Shown: positions 7,523 to 15,431 of the stretch, piece by piece | Layout of the letters: every line of letters begins with the position of its first letter | How positions within the stretch are numbered: position 1 is the first letter of the stretch | Assembly (NCBI RefSeq): GCF_008189525.1 | Contig: NZ_CP043314.1 | Location: forward strand, 583,989 to 615,988 | DNA: 32,000 nt | DNA from: Candidatus Saccharimonadota bacterium | GTDB taxonomy: Bacteria > Pseudomonadota > Alphaproteobacteria > CAJXXZ01 > 1604HC | Direction: 5' to 3' | Program-made: the position numbers and the translations under genes | The notes under the pieces: model-generated | Seen by the model: only the letters and a program-made list of their open reading frames with translations | What the model was told of the DNA's origin: nothing | Database searches by the model: none

Positions 7523-10500
7523 ATGGAGGCAAAAAATATGATTACAAACAAATATAAAATGGGTAATATGAGCAAAATGAGGAACATACTGAAGCTATGC
7601 ACACTTGCACTTACAGCCCAACACACAAACACGGTTGACATCCCTAAACTACACGACACCCCTAACGAACATGGTTGTTTTTATCATTTTAAGTACGTTG
7701 AAGGAACTTTTAGCATAGAAAAGAATGAAACTTTTGAACTTTTAGAGCAAATGTATGAACAAAGTAAATACAGCATAGAGGATATTAAATTAATCGCATT
7801 TCTAAGACATGAACTAGAGAAGATACTTGAAATTGATTATAAAAAAGGATTGGAAAATGATTTCTTGCTAAAGTTTCCAAAAATAGAAGAAGTTATGGGA
7901 GATGGAGAATGGGAAGAGGAGGTTTTCCTAGGTCATGGATATTCAAAAGAAGAGTATAGACAAACTGATATAGTCTGTAACGTCAGAGATGCTATTTCTT
8001 ATATGGAATATACAAAAAGAATCTGGGGCAAAATTATAAAACAAGAAGATGAGGAAACTGCTAAAGAAATAAAAGATTCAGTAAAAAATACAAATCATGA
8101 ATGCGAGCTAGGTCAGAAAACCTATCTAAACTTAGGAGCTATGCTTAATTCCATAGGATATGGATTGAGACAGAGAAAAGAAGCTAGAATGCCAGGTGAA
8201 TCTACATTTTTGCAAAGGTGGTATTCTGGAAGACATGCTTATGAAGATGACAAAAAATCTAAAGTATCTATAAAGTTGGATAATAGCAAATTTATCTATC
8301 AGGGCATACCCACTAAAGATTCAGGAACTGACTATGAGAAAAAACCTATAGAATATAATAATTCTACAGATTTGATGTATTTATCCTATTTCGATGCAAA
8401 CACAAAAACAGATAATCTGGTATGGTGTGGAGATGAAAGAGAACTTAAGGAAAGAACCTGCAAAGTTGTTCAATACAATAGCTTTCCAGATTTGAGAAAC
8501 TTGGATAGGATAGGTCCAATTTTCCAATATGCACTGGCTTTAAGGTATGTTCATTTGGATATAACAAGCCCTGATCATTTGTATTGGATGAGATTCGCAC
8601 AAGATTTGGAATATGTGAAATTGCGTGTAAAAGAATCAGATCATCTAACACATTTAGGTTTGTTGAAAAATACACAATACCTTGGAATTACCAACATAAA
8701 CGTAGACGAAGCGATCGTTCTTCCTGAAGAAATCGGCACATTAAGCAAATTAAGGTGCTTACACTTGAGTGGAGTTGAAGGATATCCGAACCAGATTCAT
8801 GGAATAAAAGGATTACGTGAAATTAAGTTCGTGGAATCTGAAGGTAAAATTGATAAAAGTTTGAGCAACCTAGATAAACTTGTTCATTTAGAGCTAAGTG
8901 GAAAAGTAGAATTGCCTGAAACCATAGAACTATGGGAACTACAATCTCTAGTTGCACCTAGTGCAGACATAGAAAAGATGCCTAAGTTTATTTGCCCTGA
9001 ATTAAGATATTTGGATCTAGGAAGTGCAAGATTAGAGCATGCTTTAGAACCTGGAGCAAAATTGCCTATATTTGCAGGTGGTAATGAAATAACAAGCGTA
9101 TCTGACTTATCTGAATGTCCAGAATTAAGAGAAGTTTGGGTTGGAAACAGAATCAACGAAGTTGATGTTGAAGTGTTTAAGAATTGCAAGAAGTTGATGT
9201 ACATAGGATTAGGAGTTGATTTTAAATATAATATCAAGCAAGGATTAACTGAGTATGTTAAGAAAAATGAGCTATTCTTAGAGTTACTACATCCACTTAA
9301 TGCAGGAGAAAAACTTCAATACAGCTGTAAGATTCCAGGTGAAGATGGTGAATGGTTGAAATTGAAGAGATACCAAGAAAATCAAAAAAGAAATTGGGTA
9401 AGAAATAAAAATGCTAGATATAAGCATATGGCAAAAATCTTGAAAGAAAATGGTCAGCTAAAATAGATGGAGGCAAAAAATATGATTACAAACAAATATA
9501 AAATGGGTAATATGAGCAAAATGAGGAACATACTGAAATTGTGTACGCTTGCACTTACAGCCCAACACACAAACACGGTTGACATCCCGAAACTACATGA
9601 CACCCCTAACGAACATGGCTGTTTTTATCATTTTAAGTACGTTGAAGGAACATTGAATCTGGAACAGAATGAAACCTACGAACTTTTGGAAGGAATGTAT
9701 GAGCAAAGCAAATACAGCTCAGAAGATATAAAATTGATTGCCTTCTTAAGACACGAACTAGAAAAGATTCTTGAAGTTGATTATAAAAAGGGGTTAGAAA
9801 ATGACTTCTTGCTCAAGTTTCCTAAAATAGAGGAAGTTATGGGAGACGGAGAATGGGAAGAAGAAGTTCTACTAGGTCATGGATACTCAAAAGAAGATTA
9901 CAGACAAACTGTTATTACCTGTAATGTTAGAGATTCTTTTGATTGCTTGATTCGCTCAAAAAGGATCTGGGGCAAGATGATTGACCAATATGGAGAAGAG
10001 GATCTAAACAAAATAAAAGATTCAATAAAAAATGCAAACCATGAGCATGAATTTGGAAAGAAAACTCATCTTAATTTAAAAGTTATGCATAATTTGGTAG
10101 GATATGGATTAAGACAAAGAGAAGCAGCTAAAATGCCAGATGAATCTACATTTTTGCAAAGATGGTACTCTGGAAGACATGCTTATGAAGATGACAAAAA
10201 ATCTAAAGTATCTATAAAGTTAGATAACAGTGCATTTATTTATCAAGGCATCCCTACTAAAGATTCAGAAACTGATTATGAAAATAAACCTTGCGAACGT
10301 GATTCAAATATTATGTATGTATCATATTTCGATGCAAATACAAAAACAGACAATTTAGTTTGGGCTGGAGATGAAAGAGAATTAAAAGAGAGAACCTGCA
10401 AAGTTGTTCAATACAATAGTTTCCCCGATTTAAGAAACTTGGACAGAATCGGTCCTATTTTCCAATATGCATTGGCTTTAAGGTATGTACATTTGGATAT

Positions 10501-11330
10501 CACTAGCCCTGATCATTTGTACTGGATGAGATTTGCACAAGACTTAGAGTATGTGAAATTGAGAGTTACAGAATCAGACCACCTAAAGCACTTGGGTTTG
10601 TTAAAAAACACACAATACCTTGGAATTACCAACATAAACGTAGATGATGCAATCGTTCTTCCTGAAGAAATTGGTAGTTTAAGCAAATTAAGATGCTTAC
10701 ATTTAAGCGGAGTTGAAGGATATCCAAACCAGATCCATGGCATTAAGGGATTACGCGAAATTAAATTCGTAGAATCTGAAGGTAAGATAGACAAAAGCTT
10801 AAGTAATCTGGACAAGCTTGTTCACTTAGAACTAAGCGGTAAAGTAGAGTTGCCTGAAACCATAGAATTATGGGAACTACAATCTCTAGTTGCACCTAGT
10901 GCAGACATAGAGAAAATGCCCCAATTTATCTGCCCTGAATTAAGATACTTAGATCTAGGAAGTGCAAGATTAGAGCATGCTTTAGAACCTGGAGCAAAAT
11001 TGCCTATATTTGCAGGTGGTAATGAAATTACTAGCGTATCTGACTTGTCCGAATGTCCTGAGCTACGTGAAGTTTGGGTTGGAAACAGAATCAACGAAGT
11101 TGACGTGTCTGTATTTAAGAGTTGTAAGAAGTTGATGTATATTGGACTTGGAGTTGATTTTAAGTACAGTATTAAATCAGGTTTGACTGAGTATGTTAAG
11201 AAAAATGAGCTATTCTTCGAGTTACTACATCCACTTAATGCAGGTGAGAAATTGCAATACAACTGCAAGATTCCAGGAGAAGATGGTGAGTGGTTGAAAT
11301 TAAAGAGATACCAAGAAAACCAAAAGAGAA
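5606..11330 (+). repeat. tandem direct repeat of whole LRR genes, about 3 units (period 1944 bp between units 2 and 3, 1962 bp between units 1 and 2)
   Basis: The ATGAGCAAAATGAGG (MSKMR) anchor recurs at 5606, 7568 and 9512. The two inter-unit junctions (…gaaaatggtcagctaaaatagatggaggcaaaaaatatgattacaaac…) are identical. Homology ends near 11330, where unit 3 acquires a different tail. Confidence 0.9.
7523..9466 (+). CDS. leucine-rich-repeat protein, island paralog 2
   Basis: 647-aa ORF starting immediately after the TAG of paralog 1. GGAGG at 7525-7529 lies 8 nt upstream of the ATG at 7538, so 7538 is the more likely true start. The gene is highly similar to paralogs 1 and 3. Confidence 0.8.
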   Translation: MEAKNMITNKYKMGNMSKMRNILKLCTLALTAQHTNTVDIPKLHDTPNEHGCFYHFKYVEGTFSIEKNETFELLEQMYEQSKYSIEDIKLIAFLRHELEKILEIDYKKGLENDFLLKFPKIEEVMGDGEWEEEVFLGHGYSKEEYRQTDIVCNVRDAISYMEYTKRIWGKIIKQEDEETAKEIKDSVKNTNHECELGQKTYLNLGAMLNSIGYGLRQRKEARMPGESTFLQRWYSGRHAYEDDKKSKVSIKLDNSKFIYQGIPTKDSGTDYEKKPIEYNNSTDLMYLSYFDANTKTDNLVWCGDERELKERTCKVVQYNSFPDLRNLDRIGPIFQYALALRYVHLDITSPDHLYWMRFAQDLEYVKLRVKESDHLTHLGLLKNTQYLGITNINVDEAIVLPEEIGTLSKLRCLHLSGVEGYPNQIHGIKGLREIKFVESEGKIDKSLSNLDKLVHLELSGKVELPETIELWELQSLVAPSADIEKMPKFICPELRYLDLGSARLEHALEPGAKLPIFAGGNEITSVSDLSECPELREVWVGNRINEVDVEVFKNCKKLMYIGLGVDFKYNIKQGLTEYVKKNELFLELLHPLNAGEKLQYSCKIPGEDGEWLKLKRYQENQKRNWVRNKNARYKHMAKILKENGQLK

Positions 11331-11389
11331 GCTGGATGAGAAAAGAACACCCAAGGTACAAACGCATGGAAAAGATCTTTAAGGTTTAA
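9467..11389 (+). CDS. leucine-rich-repeat protein, island paralog 3 (mosaic of paralogs 1 and 2, unique C-terminal tail)
   Basis: 640-aa ORF with the same TAG-ATGGAGGCAAAAAATATG junction as at 7520-7540, so the likely true start is 9482. The sequence alternates between paralog-2-like and paralog-1-like blocks. The last ~20 aa (SWMRKEHPRYKRMEKIFKV) are unique. Confidence 0.8.
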   Translation: MEAKNMITNKYKMGNMSKMRNILKLCTLALTAQHTNTVDIPKLHDTPNEHGCFYHFKYVEGTLNLEQNETYELLEGMYEQSKYSSEDIKLIAFLRHELEKILEVDYKKGLENDFLLKFPKIEEVMGDGEWEEEVLLGHGYSKEDYRQTVITCNVRDSFDCLIRSKRIWGKMIDQYGEEDLNKIKDSIKNANHEHEFGKKTHLNLKVMHNLVGYGLRQREAAKMPDESTFLQRWYSGRHAYEDDKKSKVSIKLDNSAFIYQGIPTKDSETDYENKPCERDSNIMYVSYFDANTKTDNLVWAGDERELKERTCKVVQYNSFPDLRNLDRIGPIFQYALALRYVHLDITSPDHLYWMRFAQDLEYVKLRVTESDHLKHLGLLKNTQYLGITNINVDDAIVLPEEIGSLSKLRCLHLSGVEGYPNQIHGIKGLREIKFVESEGKIDKSLSNLDKLVHLELSGKVELPETIELWELQSLVAPSADIEKMPQFICPELRYLDLGSARLEHALEPGAKLPIFAGGNEITSVSDLSECPELREVWVGNRINEVDVSVFKSCKKLMYIGLGVDFKYSIKSGLTEYVKKNELFFELLHPLNAGEKLQYNCKIPGEDGEWLKLKRYQENQKRSWMRKEHPRYKRMEKIFKV

Positions 11390-11393
11390 TTCA

Positions 11394-12143
11394 GTGGGAG
11401 CAAGAGGAGATCGTTCTACTAAGGAAAAAAAAGAAAAAGCAAAGGAAGTAGAACAGCAGCAAGAAACCATAATTGATGAAGAACCCGTCGATCCAGATAT
11501 AGGAAGTATATGTCAGATATACGATGAGAAGTGGGGCGAGACGGTAAGGAACGTAAATGCAGGTACGTATCAGAAACTGATGACGCTTACAAATTTCGGT
11601 ACAATTGAAGAACTAGAAATAGAGGAAGAGCTGTCTGAGCCTTACACTATAAAAGGTAAGTGTTTCTTTTGGGAAGAGATATATGGCGACGTAGTTGGCA
11701 TGGAACCGAAGGTCACATTAGCAACAGAAGGTAAAACAAGATATTGGCACGGAGTTATAACTGAGTGGATCGAAGGTGGAACTGATCTTAAGGACGAAAG
11801 ATATTACTACGAATTCGAGATGCGACCAAAATTATGGTATAGGATGCAAAGCAGGCAAAACAAGATACATGTGTCGGATAAGGGCATGCGTGTTAAGGAA
11901 CTGGCAAGCAAACTAATCGAAGATGCGATGCAGAATAATAAAAATACGAAAGTAAAGTTTGAGCAAAAGTACGATGTTAATTTCGCAAAAGTGAAATCAG
12001 CTCAAAATAATCCAAATGAACCATTGATAGAATATGCTGTGCAATATGAAGAAACTACTTACGGTTTCTTCCAAAGATTACTAAGCAATCATGGTATATT
12101 TTATTATTATAAAGTCGAAGACAATTATTCCTGCCTAAGCTAA
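11394..12143 (+). pseudogene. vgrG: vgrG 5' fragment (gp27-like N-terminal ~240 codons only); truncated paralog, possibly still translated
   Basis: Residues ~33-240 are identical to residues ~28-235 of the full VgrG (12853-15426, minus strand) except for two positions. After ...GIFYYYK the sequence diverges and stops 9 codons later (VEDNYSCLS*). There is only a GTG start, 5 nt after the LRR3 stop, and no ATG. Confidence 0.75.
11489..12113 (+). repeat. inner inverted repeat, left copy (vgrG 5' region)
   Basis: Hand alignment to the reverse complement of 14722-15346 gives ~625 bp with about 31 mismatches and no indels seen. The first ~110 bp are identical. Confidence 0.9.
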
Positions 12144-12274
12144 ATTCCACTTATTTAAAAAATCTGATTACTAGAGCTTACAATTAAAAAGATTGATAAG
12201 TGATAAAACTACAAAAACATAAACATACAAAATCAGAATTATCAACAAAATATTTCAACTGTAGTAAGAAAATA

Positions 12275-12853
12275 CTAACCCATCTCTACGCCAGATTCAA
12301 AATAAGTTTTCTTGATTATTTTTCCTTCTGGATCATATACAGTCCATTGCCCATCTTTTAAATCTTCAAGATACATTCCAGACTCCATGATAGAACCTGT
12401 TTTCGGATAAAAAGTCACAGAAAAACCATTCAATTTATTTTTCTGGAAAATTTCTTGTTTTAACAATTCTCCTTTTTCGAAAACCAAAAACAGCCCGCTT
12501 TTCTCTCCATTTTTGTAATTACCCTTATTAGATATTCCATTTGCATCAAATACGTACACAGGTCCGTGCATCAAATCATCTTTATAATTTGTAATCATTA
12601 ATAAATTCCCAGATTCATATATTTCCATAGGCCCATTCATCTTATTACCAGAATAATTTGTGCGTCTCGTTATGACACTTTTCTCATAAAGAGTCTCTTC
12701 GCCTTCTTTTTCTCCAGCTTTGGAATAGTATCTCTGTACCAGATTTCCTTCTTTATCCCTTATTTCATTATAATCTAAATCACTTTGATCTGATTCTTTG
12801 ACTGCTCCACAAGGCTTATAAAAATCGACTATTTGTTCTTTTGTTATATTCAT
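12275..12853 (-). CDS. MORN-repeat-variant (YwqK-like) protein, translationally coupled to vgrG
   Basis: 192 aa with repeated units of G....Y..G...G of ~23 aa (NYSGNKMNGPMEIYESGNLL, NYKDDLMHGPVYVFDANGIS, NYKNGEKSGLFLVFEKGELL, FQKNKLNGFSVTFYPKTGSI, MYLEDLKDGQWTVYDPEGKI). The ATG overlaps the vgrG TAA by 1 nt (CTAATG at 12851-12856). Confidence 0.7.
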   Translation of the reverse strand: MNITKEQIVDFYKPCGAVKESDQSDLDYNEIRDKEGNLVQRYYSKAGEKEGEETLYEKSVITRRTNYSGNKMNGPMEIYESGNLLMITNYKDDLMHGPVYVFDANGISNKGNYKNGEKSGLFLVFEKGELLKQEIFQKNKLNGFSVTFYPKTGSIMESGMYLEDLKDGQWTVYDPEGKIIKKTYFESGVEMG

Positions 12854-15426
12854 TAGTTTATTTTTACCATTGAACCCTTTATATTAGCAATTGTGTCTGC
12901 CTTTAAATCCAATTTAGCTCCTTTTATAGACACTCCCGCTTTTCCTTCTATTGAAACTTGTCCCGAAGATTTCAAGCTTATATTAGCATTCGAAGAAATT
13001 TCTACAGATTTGCTAGATTCCATATTAATTCCATCTGCAGAAATTTTTATAGCACCTCCACTTATAGATATTGTATAATCACCAGACTTTATACTAATTG
13101 ACTTGTTCCCTTTTATATCAGATTTAAAGTCCCCACTTGATAATGAAATTGATAAATCACCTTTTTCTAATGTTGTACTCAAATTTCCTGAAGCCAATTT
13201 CATATCCAAATTACCTTTTTCTATTTCGTTAGAAATATTTCCTTCTGTGATTTTCTCTATCAAATCACCTTTGGAGATTTCTATTTTATGATGTGATTTC
13301 TCATCTCCCTTGGATAATAGAGAAATTTCCTTGCTCCCTTTTTCTAGTGTTATTTTATAATCACCCTGCTTTTCATCATCTTCAGCTAGAGTGCTTATTT
13401 CTATATTTCCATTATTTACCTGCGTATCAATATCCCCTTGTTTTACAAGCAAAATTTTGTCATTTTCTATTTCTGTAAGTAAATCTTTCTGTGCATGGAT
13501 ATAAATTTGCTCTTCTTCAGCTTTATCAGATATAGTAATTTCATTGAATCCAAAATCTTCTTTTTCATCATCAATTGTTTTGGTTCTCAATCCAGTTTTA
13601 TGAGAATCATCTGGCAAATCATATGGATTAGAATTTATGCTATTAAATACCGTACCTATAACAATAGGGTTGTCTGGATTTCCATTTTCATAAGTAACTA
13701 TTACTTCTTGTCCAACTCTAGGTATGTAAGAGCCTCCAAATCCAGCGCCTGATCCTCCCCATTGTGCGACTCTCACCCAGCAAGATCTTTCAGAATAAGA
13801 AAGCGTATCATCGTTGTCCCAGTTGAATTTTATTTTCACTCTACCTAAGTCATCAGTGTTGATTTCTGCATTATCAGGCCCTACCACAATAGCAGATTGA
13901 TATCCTAATATTTGTCTTTTTACTTTAGGAAGCACTTTAAAAACTGTATTCTCTTTCAGGAAAATAGATTCATTTACATAAGAATATTCAAACCCACTTA
14001 CTTGACCAGCTTTGCTTTTTATATTTTGTTGTTTGTACAAAGGGTCAGTTAACGACTCTTCTGCCATTTCTGGGTTTTTCAAAAACAGTTTATGCTTAGT
14101 TTTTCTAGCATAGTATTTATTATCTATGACTTCTTTTACCTGATCAGGAAGATCTCTTTTTGATGCTGCTTTAACATCTGATTTAATTTTTTTTATTTTA
14201 CTTTTCTTTTCAGTTTTGTAAACTTTTGTATGTTGATATAAATCTAGGGCAGATTTTAGCTCAAACAAATATCCAGGGCTAATCAAAAAATTACTTGTCA
14301 CAGACTTATATTGAGTTTTTACAGACTCTGATGAGTCAGTAATATGCTTTGCATGGTCCTCTGCAGCATCTGGGTCAGTTAATGTTTCGAAGTATTCATT
14401 ATTTTCAAAGCCTTCTTCAGCATTTCCCTCATGCTTTTTCTCTTCAACTTTTCCAAGTTTATCGAATTCTACCTCGATACCTGCTTTTTCGTAATTTCGA
14501 CCTCTTGCCTTTTGTTTTCCTATCGCATATCTGTTTACTTTTCCCCATGTATCCACAAAAGGGCTGTTTATTTCATCTGATCCCTGTTTAGATAAGAACA
14601 AGTTGTCATAATTAGCTTCGACCTTGTCATTATCACCTATTTCAATCTTACGTATGCCTGTAATAGGTTCCATTTTGGAAGTGTTATCCTTGAATATGAT
14701 TTTACTTCCATCTTTCGCATGTTTATAGTAATAAAATATACCATGATTGCTCAGTAACCTTTGAAAAAACTCATATGTAGTTTCTTCATATTGAACTGCA
14801 TATTCTATTAACGGTCCGTTTGGATTATTTTGAGCTGATTTCACTTTTGCGAAATTAACATCGTACTTTTGCTCAAATTTTACTTTCGTATTCTTGTTAT
14901 TCTGCATCGCATCTTCGATTAGTTTGCTTGCCAGCTCCTTAACACGCATGCCCTTATCCGACACATGTATCTTGTTTTGCCTGCTTTGCATCCTATACCA
15001 TAATTTTGGTCGCATCTCGAATTCGTAGTAATATCTTTCATCCTTAAGATCAGTTCCACCTTCGATCCACTCAGTTATAACTCCGTGCCAATATCTTGTT
15101 TTACCTTCTGTTGCCAATGTGACCTTCGGCTCCATACCAACTACGTCGCCATATATCTCTTCCCAAAAGAAACACTTACCTTTTATAGTATAAGGTTCCG
15201 ATAATTCTTCCTCTATCTCGAGTTCTTCAATTGTACCGAAATTTGTAAGCGTCATCAGTTTCTGATACGTACCTGCATTTACGTTCCTTACCGTCTCGCC
15301 CCACTTCTCATCGTATATCTGACATATACTTCCTATATCTGGATCGGTAGTTTGAGATTCAGCACTTTTCTGTGCAGAAACTTCACCGTCTTTAGTTTTC
15401 TTTTTCTCTTTATTTTGTTTAATCAT
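12853..15426 (-). CDS. vgrG: type VI secretion spike protein VgrG (gp27-like + gp5-like OB fold + beta-helix; no C-terminal effector domain evident)
   Basis: The classic VgrG core is present: GYQSAIVVGPDNAEINTDDLGRVKIKFNWDND....SCWVRVAQWGGSGAGFGGSYIPRVGQEVIVTYENGNPDNPIVIGTVFNS...PYDLPD..HKTGLRTKT......GFNEITISDKAEEEQIYIHAQKDL. It is followed by short K/S/G/D-rich beta-helix repeats (EKGDLSISLSSGDFKSDIKGNKSISIKSGDYTISISGG...) and ends in ...GSMVKIN. Confidence 0.92.
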   Translation of the reverse strand: MIKQNKEKKKTKDGEVSAQKSAESQTTDPDIGSICQIYDEKWGETVRNVNAGTYQKLMTLTNFGTIEELEIEEELSEPYTIKGKCFFWEEIYGDVVGMEPKVTLATEGKTRYWHGVITEWIEGGTDLKDERYYYEFEMRPKLWYRMQSRQNKIHVSDKGMRVKELASKLIEDAMQNNKNTKVKFEQKYDVNFAKVKSAQNNPNGPLIEYAVQYEETTYEFFQRLLSNHGIFYYYKHAKDGSKIIFKDNTSKMEPITGIRKIEIGDNDKVEANYDNLFLSKQGSDEINSPFVDTWGKVNRYAIGKQKARGRNYEKAGIEVEFDKLGKVEEKKHEGNAEEGFENNEYFETLTDPDAAEDHAKHITDSSESVKTQYKSVTSNFLISPGYLFELKSALDLYQHTKVYKTEKKSKIKKIKSDVKAASKRDLPDQVKEVIDNKYYARKTKHKLFLKNPEMAEESLTDPLYKQQNIKSKAGQVSGFEYSYVNESIFLKENTVFKVLPKVKRQILGYQSAIVVGPDNAEINTDDLGRVKIKFNWDNDDTLSYSERSCWVRVAQWGGSGAGFGGSYIPRVGQEVIVTYENGNPDNPIVIGTVFNSINSNPYDLPDDSHKTGLRTKTIDDEKEDFGFNEITISDKAEEEQIYIHAQKDLLTEIENDKILLVKQGDIDTQVNNGNIEISTLAEDDEKQGDYKITLEKGSKEISLLSKGDEKSHHKIEISKGDLIEKITEGNISNEIEKGNLDMKLASGNLSTTLEKGDLSISLSSGDFKSDIKGNKSISIKSGDYTISISGGAIKISADGINMESSKSVEISSNANISLKSSGQVSIEGKAGVSIKGAKLDLKADTIANIKGSMVKIN
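14722..15346 (-). repeat. inner inverted repeat, right copy (5' region of intact vgrG)
   Basis: Reverse complement of 11489-12113; see the left copy. Confidence 0.9.
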
Positions 15427-15431
15427 GCTAT

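Noticed and set aside
7520-7525. The possibility that the in-frame TAG codons (7520-7522, 9464-9466) are read through or recoded to make a ~1,960-aa LRR polyprotein.
   Set aside because: TAG is used as an ordinary stop elsewhere in the window (nth at 270-272, pgsA at 22583-22585). Each downstream unit has its own SD and ATG. The shared frame follows automatically from a duplication unit of 1944 bp (648 codons).
5606-11330. The repetitive array read as a CRISPR array or other short-repeat locus.
   Set aside because: The repeat units are ~1.9-kb complete protein-coding genes, not 25-40-bp repeats with spacers. No CRISPR-like structure exists anywhere in the window.
12213-12226. The 14-mer AAAAACATAAACAT lies in the convergent spacer after the vgrG fragment and also occurs exactly at the left edge of the outer repeat (5444-5457). 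It might mark an old recombination junction.
   Set aside because: It is a low-complexity A-rich string in a very AT-rich genome. With only two occurrences and no extended flanking homology, chance cannot be excluded.
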